The position numbers and the translations under genes were made by a program. DNA of 64,000 nt. Origin: Moniliella sp. 'wahieum'. Taxonomy: Eukaryota. The notes beneath the pieces were generated by a model. The model did not search any database, was not told the origin of the DNA, and saw nothing but the letters and a program-made list of their open reading frames with translations. The stretch spans positions 62,001 through 126,000 of the forward strand of contig RSEE01000141.1 of assembly GCA_003971905.1 (NCBI GenBank), in the 5' to 3' direction. Each line of letters begins with the position of its first letter. Positions within the stretch are counted from its first letter, which is position 1. Positions 1 through 11,989 of the stretch are shown piece by piece.

Positions 1-490
1 AGAGGCGCCGGGGCAGGCTGTGGGTGTGTCTTGTGTCTTGTCACACTGTCACCTGGGCCGGCGAACGCGGAGCATAGCCAGGCGTGGCCCAAGGGGAGCC
101 GATGGGCCTGCGCGCATCCTAGGCTGCTGGAAGGCAGCCGGCGTGGTGGTGGTGGGTGGGGGCGGGGGCGGCCGAGGCGAGGGGGGCGGGTGGATGCTGC
201 CCGGGGGAGCGAGGGGAGCGAGGGAGGGCGCTGAGGGTTGAGGCTGAGGTGGCCGTACCTGGCTGCCCACAGCCGGCCATGACACGATGGTGTCCATCCT
301 GCGCTGGGATCAATTGCACATTTCAACTTCAACCACCCCGTGCAGCCTGCAACTTTCACCTGCGTGCTCGAACCAGCGCACTTGCACCGAGCAGCGCCGT
401 CCGCCTCCCGCGCCCCCTCCCGCCCTAACCGCTCGGCGGCCCCCCACCACCCACACCTGCCCGCCCCTGCCCCCGCCGCCGCCCCCCGCC

Positions 491-852
491 ATGTCGTCGC
501 CCCCTGCGTCTGCGTCTGTGGTCGGCATCGGCAGCGCCAGCTGCTGCACCTCCTCAGCTCCTTTGGCGTTGTCTTTCTCGCCGTCATTGGCTGGGGTACG
601 ACCACGACTGGGAAGGTACGTCCCCATCCCATCCCCCCCTCTGCACGCGCCTTCGTCCCCCTCCTCTGCTGACCTTGCCTCGCCTCTCGTCCTGGCATAC
701 GACCAGCCTTCATGGGCTCCACCTCCGACCCCAAAGACGGGCATGCTGTTGCGCACACATGCTACACCGTCGCCTTCATCTACGCCTGCTTCCTCGCCTT
801 TTGCATGTGCCAAATCGGGGTCAACAAGCGGTACAGCCGCGTCCAGATCTGA
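491..852 (+). CDS. V-type ATPase V0 subunit f (RNase kappa-like small membrane protein), 2 exons
   Basis: ATG 491. Intron 616-706 (GTACGT...GCTGAC...CAG). Exon 2 reads AFMGSTSDPKDGHAVAHTCYTVAFIYACFLAFCMCQIGVNKRYSRVQI-TGA(850-852). Exon 1, allowing for indels, reads VVGIGSASCCT..LSSFGVVFLAVIGWG.DHDWE. This matches the pattern of yeast subunit f (YPR170W-B: CCTVLSAFGVVIL...FVGSINDPEDGPAVAHTVY). Confidence 0.88.
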
Positions 853-1415
853 GGTGCGAGAGGGGACGCGCCCTAGTCTGCATCCTACCCTACCGTAATC
901 TCATATCTTTCGACCACCTTCCTCCACGACATATGGACCGGGGACAAGCCAACCCGCCCTCCTTTCTATTCTTTGCTCTTTCCCCCTTGCCCCCCCTTTC
1001 GGCTGCATCGATCCGCGATCCTCCGACATGAGTGCACGGGAGGGTCTTTCAATGGAGCAGCCTGACCAGCTGGGTTCACTGCAGCTTTCTTTTTCTACCA
1101 TGGGCTTCATGTGCATCCTTTCCTTACGCACAGTACAGCTCGAGGTTTCGAGCGGGAACACATTTGATAGTGACGACGGGAACAGCTCGTCTTTAAACCA
1201 GACAGAAGAAAACATACAACAATTACAGAAAGGGGGGGGGGGGTTCTTCGCCACTGTTAGTTCAGCGCGCGGGGGAGAAACGGAGAGAGAGAGAGAGGCG
1301 AAGAGAGAAAAAAACGAGAAAGGGAAAACATATACCCAACCAAGTACTAGTAGCCCATAGCTGCACAACCACGATATGCACCACACGGATTCAACTTCCG
1401 CCGCTCTTTACGCGG

Positions 1416-4041
1416 TTAGTACCGTCCCCTCTTGACCGTTACGTTGGTGACGATGGGAACAGCCAGAAGGGTGGTAACGTGCCCGCCCAACGCCGGCAGA
1501 GAGGCCCGTACGCCCGTCTCGCCCCACGCTTGCAAGTCTACATCCCGTTGCGTCACAGCCCACAGGAATTTACTCATCTCCCCACTTGCCCCGGGAGCGG
1601 ATCCAGCGGGACATCGATCAACCGGGTGTGCAGCACCCGTTTCATCTCAGTTTCGTTCCCCCCTGGACTGGGAGCCAAGTAAGACTAGTGGCGGCCCAGG
1701 TGGGCAGACGGATATGAGAAAAGGCGCCTGGCGGGAGCGGGGAAGGGAGGTGGAGCGGCGGTTCAGAAGGTACCTCGGTCCAGGTGGAAGGGTCGTCCAA
1801 GAGAGGGAGGAAGGAGAGGTCGACCGGATGGGTAGGCTTGGCAGCTGGCTGGAGCTGGGTCGGTGATGCGGGGAGATGCTTCGTCGTCGTCGCGTTCACC
1901 TCATCTTCCGGCGGGAGAGAAACCAGGACCATGTCAGGCCAAAGGGCATGGAGTTGGATGTCGACCGGGTCGAGTTCGGCGGGCAGGTGAATTTCCGCGG
2001 TAAAGTCGGCGGTGACGGTGAGCTTGTGTGGGCCAAATGGATGCGGACGGAGAGAGACGTTATGAAACGCTGGGTTCTGCACTAGTTCCGGTAGATTCAT
2101 CAGGGCGTCGCTTGGTCCGGGATGGCCTGGGCGCGGAAGGAGGTTAGCCAGCGGGGCCAGGTCCAGCGCGTACTCGACTTTCTTCCAGATGGAGCAGAGC
2201 CAAGAAGGCACCTGCATCCCCAGCTCGGCTCGTGCACAGGCATCGCCTCCCCGGACAAGAAGCGGACTCGGTAGACCTTGGAGCCATCCAGCCAAAAAGG
2301 CATCCAGTGCGTCCCCCGCATCCGGGAGGTCCATGTCGTCCATGTCGGACAAGGGACGAATCTGCCCCTGCAATGTGACAAGTGTCGAGCCATTGCTCAA
2401 GCTAAACGGGAGCAACTCCATCGTGACCAATCTGTGGGCGGGACTTGAATCGAGCCAACCTTGCGCGAGGGAAGATCGAGCTCGATCGGGACGGTGAAGG
2501 GCCAGTCGATCTCGAACGGGGCAAAGATTGCACTGGATACGTGCACTGCCACTTTCCATCCGATCCCGCCTCGACTGACCACAGGGGGCTCCGTCTCTGC
2601 TCCTGCCTTGGCCAAAGAAAGCGGGCTAAACGACGCAGAGGAAAGCTGTACCTTGAAGTGATTTCCCACTGATCCCACCATCCCCCGGACGGGTCGTCAT
2701 GACTGCCACTGCCGCTCCCATCGTCCGGGCCAGAAATACCAGAAAAGCAACGGAGCGCACGCAACAAAGGCGCACTCACCCTGAACTCCACCGGGCCATG
2801 GGTACCATGCACCCAAGTTGACAAGTGACCGATCCGCTTCAGTGGCCAACCAGGGGGGCCTTGAGGTACGTCCGGGAGCAAGGGCCATTGCTGGACAGCC
2901 TTGGCGGCTTCCGTTATGGAAAGGGCAGCGAGGGATACGTTGGAAACGTGCACGTCCGCCCTGAGCCGCTGGTCATATCCGGGGAAGAGGTGGGGCCGAC
3001 ACGATCCGGCTCAGGTTCCTCTGCCGTCGAAGACTTTGTTTCGGAGAGAGGCACGACGTGGGCCTTGATGTGCACAGGGTACAGAGCCACATCTTCCCCC
3101 ACCCCCGACCTGGGAGGAAGGGAACCACAAGAGACCACGCCTTCTACTGGGCGGAGCGGACGAGACCGGGTCAAAGGTAATGTCAACATGCCCTCCATCA
3201 AAGGGGGGAAAAGGGCAGTCTGAGACAGTGCATCGACCACATGCTGATGCACAATTGATTCTGCTTCCAAAGCATCACCAGTCGTAGCCGCCGTAGCAGG
3301 GCAGACGCTGTCCATGATGGGGTCCAACTTGAATTCAGGCAAGGAAGAGGGGGGCCAAGCTTGGGCTTGGTTGACTCTGGTGGGACCGAGCTGGAGCTGA
3401 ATGGCGTGCACTTGTCGGATCCCAGCATGGACGAGGGAGAGGCCCACGTATCGGTAAGAGCAGAGAGGGCGTTGCACCAACTGGGATACCTGGGGCGGCA
3501 CCGGATTGCCCACCAAGGCAGGCCACACTGCTCCGTCCACCAAACCCGAGGCCTGGGCTGCCGCCATCCACTCGTCGGCGGCATTGTGGAGATCCACGCC
3601 CATACAGACCTGGGTGTACACGTCCATGGTGTCATCGGTCCGTTTCTTAATCTGCACCCGCACGGGGGTGGGCTTATCGCTGGGGGCGTCAGGGTTGGCC
3701 AAGTCGCCACCGACCAAGAGCGCGCGACGGGCAATGGCCTCCTGTTCGGCCTGCGGGGGCTGAGCCCGTAGCGAGTCAAGCAGAGGAAGCAGAACCACGA
3801 TCACAGCAGCAAAGATAGCCACGAAACCAAGTGCGGTGACCGCAAGCAAGACAGCGGCGAGCTTGCGGGTGCGTGTGCCACGGCGGGCCCAGGCAGGCAG
3901 CCACGGGGACGGCTTGGCGACGAGAAGAAGAGGTGGGGGCTGCGCTCCATCGCTCCCGTGTGCCTCCACGTCGGGGGAGGAGGAGGAGGAGGAGACGAGG
4001 GGGGGCAGCAGCTCTGCGGCGGCCGGCATCGGCTGGGCCAT
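1416..4041 (-). CDS. Single-pass membrane protein with large beta-rich lumenal region, Tag1/DUF3712-like
   Basis: Chained minus ORFs 2914-4137, 2402-2953 and 1642-2559. One N-terminal TM helix (KLAAVLLAVTALGFVAIFAAVIVVLL). Putative ATG 4041 and stop 1416 (...VPIVTNVTVKRGRY*). The family assignment rests on overall architecture only. Confidence 0.5.
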
Positions 4042-4345
4042 GGTTGCGTCTGTTGCTAGCAGAGGGGCTGGCTGATACGATGGCGGTGATGTGCTGAAAA
4101 AAGGCAATATTGCCGGAGAGCGAACTGAAGCTAACAAAAGGTTTTAACCGTGCCTGATTTCACTCACCGGTCACCTTCTTCCGCCCTGAGATCTTTGTCT
4201 GAGAGCCAACACCAACGCCGACGGCCACGGCGCCGCCACCATCCGCTTCGGGACACATTGCTTGCCGCCCTGGCTGCCTCCGGTTCATCCCCCTCGCTAT
4301 CACGCCCGCTCTGAGTTGATCCCCCTGCTCCACGACTGCTGGGCC

Positions 4346-5852
4346 ATGCCCAAGCTGCGGGTGCTCCTCGCCTCCGTTCTCACCGTGAGCCCCAGCCTCG
4401 GCTTACGGCTTGGTCCCCGTCATCTGGCTCGGCCAATCGCTTTCCCTCCTCCCCTCCCTGTGCCCTCGACCTTGCGCTCGCTCACCACTTGCTCCCCTAC
4501 CCACGCTGTCTCCAACTCCTCCCGCCGCCCACCCCGTCCGCAATGGACCCACCTCGGTCCGGGCCTGGTGAGCGGGACGGGCCTGTCGTCGTCGAAGCAA
4601 ACGTTGCTGCTCCGCTGCACGGTGGTGGACCACGATGGCCACAGCCGTGTGGTCAGTGGCGACTTTCTCAAGGCGGCGCTGTGTGCTGCGCATGGGCTGG
4701 AAGTGCGTGACTTGCGGAAAATCGATTCGCGCGTGCCCAACGTTGTGCCTACCATCCTCGTTCGTCGAGGCGCATTCCTCGTGAATATGTTGCACATCCG
4801 TGCGCTCGTCAAGCACGATACGGTCCTCCTGTTTGATGGGTTCGTACCCTCCCTGGTCTCCTCCCCGGTCTCTCTAGTCTCCTCTCTAGTCTCCCACTTG
4901 ATGTTTCCTGTTGCTGACTGGCACGTATGCGCACCGATAGTTACGGATCGTCCAACAGCCAGCTGCACAATGCCTTCGTTCACAACCTCGAACACAACCT
5001 TCGCCTTGCGCCTAGCTCCGCCAGCCACGCAAGTTCGTTGACGGGAGCTGCGCTGCCGTACGAGTTTCGTCGTGCGCTCGAGTCGATCCTTGCGTCTGTG
5101 TTGGAAGCGTTGCAGATCGAGCTGGAGGGGGTACGACAGTTGGTTCTCGAGCTGCTCATCTTGCTTGACCAACAAATCGATCGGGACAAGTTACGTACGC
5201 TACTGGCGTGCCGACGCAAAGTGGGGGACTTGTTATCGCGCGCGCGTGGGGTGAAAGGGGCGGTGGTGGAGGTGCTGGAGAGTGATGAGGATATGGCTTT
5301 GATGCATCTGAGCGATGCGGCGCAAGGCCAGCCGCGTACGCCGGAGAGTTTGGCGTGGCAGTACGATGCGCTGGAGTTGATGTTGGAGTCGGTGGACAAG
5401 CAGTTGGAAGAGGTGATTTCCCACACGGACCAAATGCAAGATACGATTGACAGTTCGCAAGAGATTGTGGAACTGTTGCTGGATGCGAATCGGAACCAAC
5501 TGTTGGCGATGGAGTTGCGCACGTCCATGTTGACTATGGGCGCATCGGCCGCAACGTTGATTGCAGCCTTGTTTGGGATGAACTTAACCTCCGGCTTGGA
5601 GGAAGAGGTGCACAGTTTCTTGGCCGTCTGTGCTGCAGCGAGTGTCGTGGCAGGCGCAGTGTGCCTCGCGGGCATCCGTCGCATCCGCAACATCCAACGC
5701 GTCGGACTGGGCCGAACGGCACTCGGCTCCTTAGGCCCCGTGCCAGCCAGTATCCACCCTTTCGCACCTCCCAACGCTACCCCCCCCTCCCCTTGCCCTT
5801 GCCCTTCCCCCTCCCCTCCCCTCCTCCTCCTCCTCCTCCCTCGCATCCCTAG
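4346..5852 (+). CDS. MRS2: Mitochondrial inner-membrane Mg2+ transporter, CorA/Mrs2 family
   Basis: Motifs HGLEVRDLRKID, ILVR..AFLVNMLHIRALVKHD, LPYEFRALE and LLDANRNQLL, plus the CorA signature LFGMN before the TM helices. Intron ~4840-4940. The 3' end is uncertain; this could be the LPE10/MFM1 paralog. Confidence 0.9.
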
Positions 5853-6039
5853 TCTACTTGTATTGATACCATTTGCATATCCTATGGCCATCTACCTCGT
5901 TGTACCCTCCCAAAAAAGAGCAAGACAGAGGGAGCGTGGCGTAATTGATGAGTTACTGCAACCTCACCTCAACAAGATCTAGACCCCGAAGGATGTGCAA
6001 CTGCAACCCCGGTGGCACCATGGTCTTTCTCACCACCGC

Positions 6040-9000
6040 CTAGTTCCCAGAGTCCATCGGCACTGGGCCCAAGACCGGATCGAAACGGTAACGCTGCAGC
6101 TGAGAGGCTGAGAACCAGAAGGTTAGAACGAGGAGGCTGAGAACCGGAAAGTTGAGAACCGGAAAGTTGAGACCCGGAAAGTTGAGATCCGGAAAGTTGA
6201 GATCCGGAAAGTTGAGACCCGAAAGTTGAGAACCGGAAAGTTGAGTACCAGAACCGGCAAAGGGAAGACCGGGAGGTTGAAACCCGGGAGGGAGACTGGG
6301 GAGGACCAGGTTCTGTGGCCGCTCACCCTCACGCGCAACCTCATGCGCAACCTCACGTGGCACAGGAAGCGACCAGAGGGCGAACGAGAGAGCAGTAGGG
6401 CGAACTTGGGTGGGATGATGCAGATGTCCAGGTTGACCCGGTTGCCCAGGTTGTCCAAATTGACCAACTTGCCCCACTTGCCCCACTTGCCCAGAGTGGC
6501 TAGACTGCCCAGACGGCGCAGCTTGCCCAGGCCAAGCGGACAACCGACCCACCCCCGCTGCTCCCCTCGACCCCGACGCGCGCGACACACCCGACCCCGA
6601 GTCTACCGACGCCCCAGCCGCGACGGGGGACCGAGGGCGAAGGGGAACGCCCACATTCTCCTGGGATCCACCAAGCTACGTGTCGAAGCCGGGTAGGCGT
6701 CGTAGGCGTCGTTGTGCCATGCCTGCTGAGCCACCGTCTGAGGCATCGCAGCCATCATAGCCATCAAATCGGGTACCGAGCCGGGTACCGAGTTGGGCAC
6801 TAGGTCGGGTGCAACTTCGGGCGCCATATCGGGCGCCATATCGGGTACCATATCGGGCACCACGGGTGCGATCTCGGGTACCCCCTCGGACCCCACCTCG
6901 GGCCGCACCTCGGAACCACCTGGCCCGCCGGGTTTGGGTCGGGCGCAAGGTCGAGCGGGGCAAACGGAGCAAAGTGAGAATGGGAACCCGAGTCCGACCC
7001 CGAACCCGACCTCGACCTCGAACCTGCACCTGAACCTGAGCCTGAGCCTGAACCAGGCCGTGGGCCGGGGGCGGAGGCGGACGCGGGACGGGGAGGAGGA
7101 AGAGGGCGAGGCGGGGGAGGGAGGACCAGCGAGGCGGACCTTGTGGGCGGTCGGGGAGGATGGGAGGGTAAGAGGGGGGGGTGGGAGGCGCGAAGGGCGG
7201 GTGGGCAGGGTCGATGGGGACGACCAGGGCAGGTGGAGGTGGAGGTAGGTGGAGGAGGTGCCGCCAGAGGAGGTGGAGGAGCAAAGGAGGGAGAGGGAGA
7301 GGTTGTGGAGCGGGCTGTGGGCGGGGCAGGGTGAACCCTGTTCGATCGGGATCGGTGATCCCGGTGCGGCGGGGGGCTGCGGGCCAAGGGCGCTCGCGAC
7401 AGAGAGGAAAGGGAGGAAAGGGAAGAGAGGGAAAGAGGGAGGAAGGTGTGGTGTGCCGTGCGGAGGTAAGGTGCGGCAGGGCGAATGGGTCAGGCACCAA
7501 AGGAGGAGGCGCTAAGGCGACCGGTCCAAATGGGTGGGTGTACGTGTCGTACGACTCGGAGGTGGACGTGGATGTAGACGTCGACGTCGAGGTTGGTGTC
7601 GACGTACACACAGACGTAGACGTAGACGCCGATGCCGAAGCAGATACCGATGCGGACGCAGACGAAACCGAAACCAGTGAGGTGCGTGCGCCGGGTGGGT
7701 TCAAGCTCGATCGAGGCAGCGGCGGTAAGGCCGAGGAAAACGTATGTCGGTCCCAGGTTGGTCTGGGTTGGATACTATTAGGGCGTACGGTAGGTGCCGC
7801 CGACCCAGTCGGTTTCGGCCACCATTCTTCCCGATCAAACACGTGCCGCAACAAGTCTTCGTCCGTGGTGGTCGGTCGCCTTCTTTGGGTGCGGAGGAGG
7901 TACGAGCGAGAGGCACCCCCCACTCGTTCGGGGACGAAGGGCCGGATCCGGGCCACCATCGCCCCCGCAACGACATTTGAGTTGGTTGGGTTGGTTGAGA
8001 CGCTTGAGACAGCTGAGACGGGTGAGGCGGTTGAGGCTGAGGGTCGGCACTAGGGCTCCGCCAGTGCCCCCAGGTCGGCATGGTGCGTGGCGATCGGTCT
8101 TCTGGTGTATCCACCCGGCCCGGGGGCAAGGTGGGCGAACCGAAGAGCGGGCTGCGATAGGTGGGTGAGGCATAGGAAGGTGTGTAGGAGCGGTAGGGGA
8201 ACAAGCCTGCAGCAGCCAAGGTATCGGAGGACCGGACGGATGCGGCGGAGGAGCCCCTTGATGGGCCGGGTGGGGCAATGGGGGTGGAGGGAGGTCGGTC
8301 CGAAGGAGCTCGGTCCGAAAGAGGTCGGTCCGAAAGCGGTCGTTCCGAAAGAGGTCGTTCCGAAAGAGGTCGTTCCGAAAGAGGTCGTTCCGAAAGAGGT
8401 CGTTCCGAAGGAGGTCGGTCCCAGGGGGAAGGCCAAGGACTCGGGTCTCTCGTCTCCCTTGAAGCAGCCTCTTCGTCAGGTGGTAAGGAGTTCATGGCAG
8501 CGCGCATGGCAAGGTCAAGTATGTGCTCTCCGTCAGAGGATGCTTCTTCTTCCCTCTGTTCTGTGCTGCGACGATCTCGCCTCCGTTCGGCGCGGGCTTG
8601 AGCCGCAGCCTGTGGGTCGTACACGACCAACCCATCCCCGGACGAAGTAGCGCACCAGGCTCATGAGCAATGGACAGCACGTCCAATACGATCGACCGCG
8701 CTCGGGCAGAACCGAGGGGGGAAGCAGAGATAAGGTCGGGGGTGACGACCGAGCCTCTTTCCAAGCCTGGCCCCAACTCGTATCCCTCACAGCCCGAGAG
8801 GGGAGAGAAGGCATCGTCACACTTGACCGACGAACTTGGAGGGGCACAAAAGCCAACATAGCCCAGTCTTCAGGAACAGCCAACGGTGGAGCGTGGCACG
8901 CCAAGCGTCCTGCTACTTGAGCCAAGCCCGCCCGAAGCGTGCGCCAGCAAGAAAACGGTTCTGCCACACTCACCGGGCCATGACCGTGACGATGATGATG

Positions 9001-11443
9001 AAGACGGTGGGGCGGCAGTCGACCGGGCTCAGTTGGTGTGTCGGAAAGGTGCTGAGCTCGGCGGAGCGTGCCGCGCGCATGGGCATCGCAGCGGAGAAGG
9101 TACATGTTGGGCACGAGCCCACCGAGTCCCCACCCAGATGACAGGCAGAAGCCGAGGCAAGTGCTCTTCGGCACCACAGGCGGCCTCTAAGACATTGGCC
9201 AAGAGTGTGAGAACGTGGGACAGAAGCAGTTCCTCCACCTGCCGCAATTGACGGACCGACTCCTCTCTCTTCTTCCCCATGTTGGTCTGGGCGGGTCAGA
9301 CGCTGCCGGGTGCGCCGCGCCATCCAAACAGCCGAGATGCCCGAGACGAGCGTGTCAAGCAAATCGGCTGTGGCGGGGAGGTGAGACGCGAGACTACCCT
9401 CTGCGCCGGCCTGGAGCAACAACGCATCAAACTGAGCTTGAAGCCGCTCCATCAAATCCCTTTCTGGTCGTGCGAAATTCGTCAGACCGTCAGTCACGCG
9501 TACGCTCTGCCGACCAAGGCTTGTAACAACTCTGCTACGTCGGCAGGGGCCAGAGGACGACTGCTACTGGCGCTGCGAACAAAAAATGGTCAACAATTCC
9601 GTTCTGGGTAGTTAGGCAGTAACAAGGGAAAGAGAGGAGCAAGACGTAGACGTACCCCGAAGGAGACGGGCGTTGGGTCTTAGGCCGTTCAAGCGGTTCA
9701 ACAGCCGGGTCGAGCGCCTGTAGGAGCAGGGTAAAGATGGCGTGAAGACCCAGTACCTCTGTCCGCCACTGTGCCTCGACGGAACCCGGGCTGGGTGGTC
9801 CCCTGGTGGTAGCGGGATTGGCCCCGCTGCGCTCCCGACGAGGGGGAGGTACCGACGGAGGAGTGCCCACTGTTGTTTTCAGCAAACTTGATTGCCAGCG
9901 GTTCCGGGCGAAGGGCGAGCTGGGCGCGGTAAAAGCAGCCACGGCGGCCAAGGGGCCAGAGGAAGACGAAGACGAAGACGAAGGTAGACCCGACGAGAAA
10001 GGCGAGGCCGAAGAGGAGCCCGATAACTGCGAGACGACCGCGTTTGTCAGGCATGGCGCCTTGGGCAGCCAGTGCGCCGAGTTGACTCCAGGCGACCAGG
10101 AAGGATGGAGGAGATGGGCGGCGCGGTAGAGCGTGCCTGCCAATTCGGTGGGTGGGGGAACGGCCATTGGCTCAGGCGCTGTAGGCAGCGGGAGGGCGAT
10201 CCTGGGCGGAGAGAAGGTGGGGTGCGGGAAGGAAGGATCGGCAAAGGGGACTCCAGTGGGTCGGGGTATAATGGGTCGGAAAATTGGGGTGGGGAAGGCA
10301 TAACGGGCGGAGGCGGTGGGGGCGGTGACTTGGTTTCTGGAGCGTACGATAACGGTAAGGTTACCCCCTGACTTGCCGCGTACCGAGCCAGATCTCCCGT
10401 GCTGATCAACATGCGCGCCAAGATGCTACGGATGGGTTGGGCGGGGACGAGAAGCACGCGCTGCCCGAGTGGATGCGGTTTGGCGGGTGCCAAAAGTCCC
10501 TGGGAACGCAGCAGGAGGAGACCATGGGCAACATGGGCAGCATGCAACGTGCCTTGCTCTTCTTCCTCTGCCGGGTGGTGGCGCATTCACACCGGGGCGG
10601 CGTTGGGTCCGTGCCCGCCACCGCAATCTGTGTACCAGCCGCTTCGGCGCGGCAGCAGCAGAAACGTACATGGGAAGGCTAAACCCATCGATTGTTTCAG
10701 CCACGAGGCCGAGCCAAAAGGCCCATTCATCCAGCAAAAACTGGCGCAGATGCGCGCTGGCCGCCGGACGGGTCCGAGCAGCATCGCGAAGACGGGTGTA
10801 AAATGCATAGGTCGTCTCGCTCCACAGATGGTCGGCCGCGGCAAGGCGAGCGGTGGGAGCGCGCGAGGGGATGGGTCGTCCCCCCTTGCACGGCGACGGT
10901 CGTCCGGGTGGTGCTTCCGGACCGGGTGCGAGACGGTCCGCGCGCCGAGGCACCCGACACGGTGCGCTCGGGAGCCAGGAGGAGGCGTTTGAGGTTACGA
11001 CGGAGTAGCGTGCGTGCCGCCTCGACCTGGCCTGCGGAGCATTCTGACGGGCGAGAAGTGCTTGGAGCTCGGCCTCTTGCGCCTGGGCACACTCCACATG
11101 TCGGCGGGACGGTCGCGGGCGGGGGACTGGATGGCGACGCGCGCACGGGCCACGGCCGCGTTAGGCATGCGGGGACGAGGTGCGGCAGAGTAGGCGATGG
11201 TGCGAGACGTATGGCCGAGCGGGGCGAGCGGGAGATGGCGTACGGGGCGCGGGTAGATTTGCGCGGCGGGTGGGGCGCCAGGGGGGAGGCAGGGCCGGGT
11301 GCGAGCAAACGGGCCAGATGGCGGTCAAGCTCTTCGAGCGACCCGGAGGGCGGCAGGGCGTCCGCAGCGTTTGGCGGAACGCGAGCAGCTGGGGCCGCGG
11401 ACGCGGCGGCGGTGGTGGTGCGCGTGGGGTGGGCCGAGTGCAT
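6040..11443 (-). CDS. Est1/Ebs1/SMG7-like 14-3-3/TPR-fold protein with long low-complexity repetitive C-terminus
   Basis: Across frames: HLW..TTYAFY, MLISTGDLARY, LYRAAHLLHPS..WSQLG.LA, CFYRAQLALRP...AENN and VPEDWAMLAFVPL, all typical Est1/SMG5-7 motifs. Intron ~9604-9655. No PIN domain is visible. The C-terminal ~2.5 kb is S/P/G-rich with tandem repeats; the ends are approximate. Confidence 0.72.
6138..6250. repeat. 15-bp coding tandem repeat (GAGAACCGGAAAGTT-like, ~7 copies)
   Basis: Direct tandem repeat at 6138-6250. On the minus strand it translates as SQLSG or LNFPG/NFPDL pentapeptides. Confidence 0.9.
8295..8420. repeat. 15-bp coding tandem repeat (CCGAAAGAGGTCGTT, ~8 copies; ERPLS pentapeptide)
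   Basis: Direct tandem repeat. The minus ORF 7701-8630 reads SERPLSERPLSERPLSERPLSDRPLSDRAPSDRPPS. Confidence 0.92.
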
Positions 11444-11989
11444 GGCGAGCACGTGCGCTCAGGAGCGCGGGGAGCACGGGTGGGCACCGTGCACCGGGCC
11501 CAGGCGGGGACGCACGGGGGGCAGCAGCGGCGTGGTGGTGGTGGTGGTGGTGGTGGTGGTGGAGATGGAGATGGAGGTGGAGACGGCGAGAGATGCGGTG
11601 GATGCGGACGGCCGGAAGACGCTGCGATGGGCGTGCTGCGTGCCTAGCTAGACACGCCGCCCAGGCCAGGCCAGCCAGCCAGCCCGCCTGGCTGATACAC
11701 CGGCCACCCGGCACGGCGCCTGTGTCTCCCACTCGGCGCCTGGCCGCTGATCCGTCACCCACCGCCGTGCCTGTCACTGGCGCTGGTCGGCGACCAGTGA
11801 GTTTTCATCGGTCCTATCGCAGCCCATCCGCCGGCAGCACGCCAGCCGCACAGCGCATCAGCCCAGCCTGCCGCAATCTGTCCACACCTCCATCTCCATC
11901 TCACCGCTATCCGTTGCCACCGCCAGTCCAATGCCATGCTTATTATACGTAGCAAACCAAAGTGGTGTACATGCCGCCGCCCGCGCCGG

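Noticed and set aside
1..297. Possible 5' end of a minus-strand gene (Pro-rich ORF 49-297)
   Set aside because: It is low-complexity, truncated by the window edge and has no recognisable motif, so I cannot support a call.
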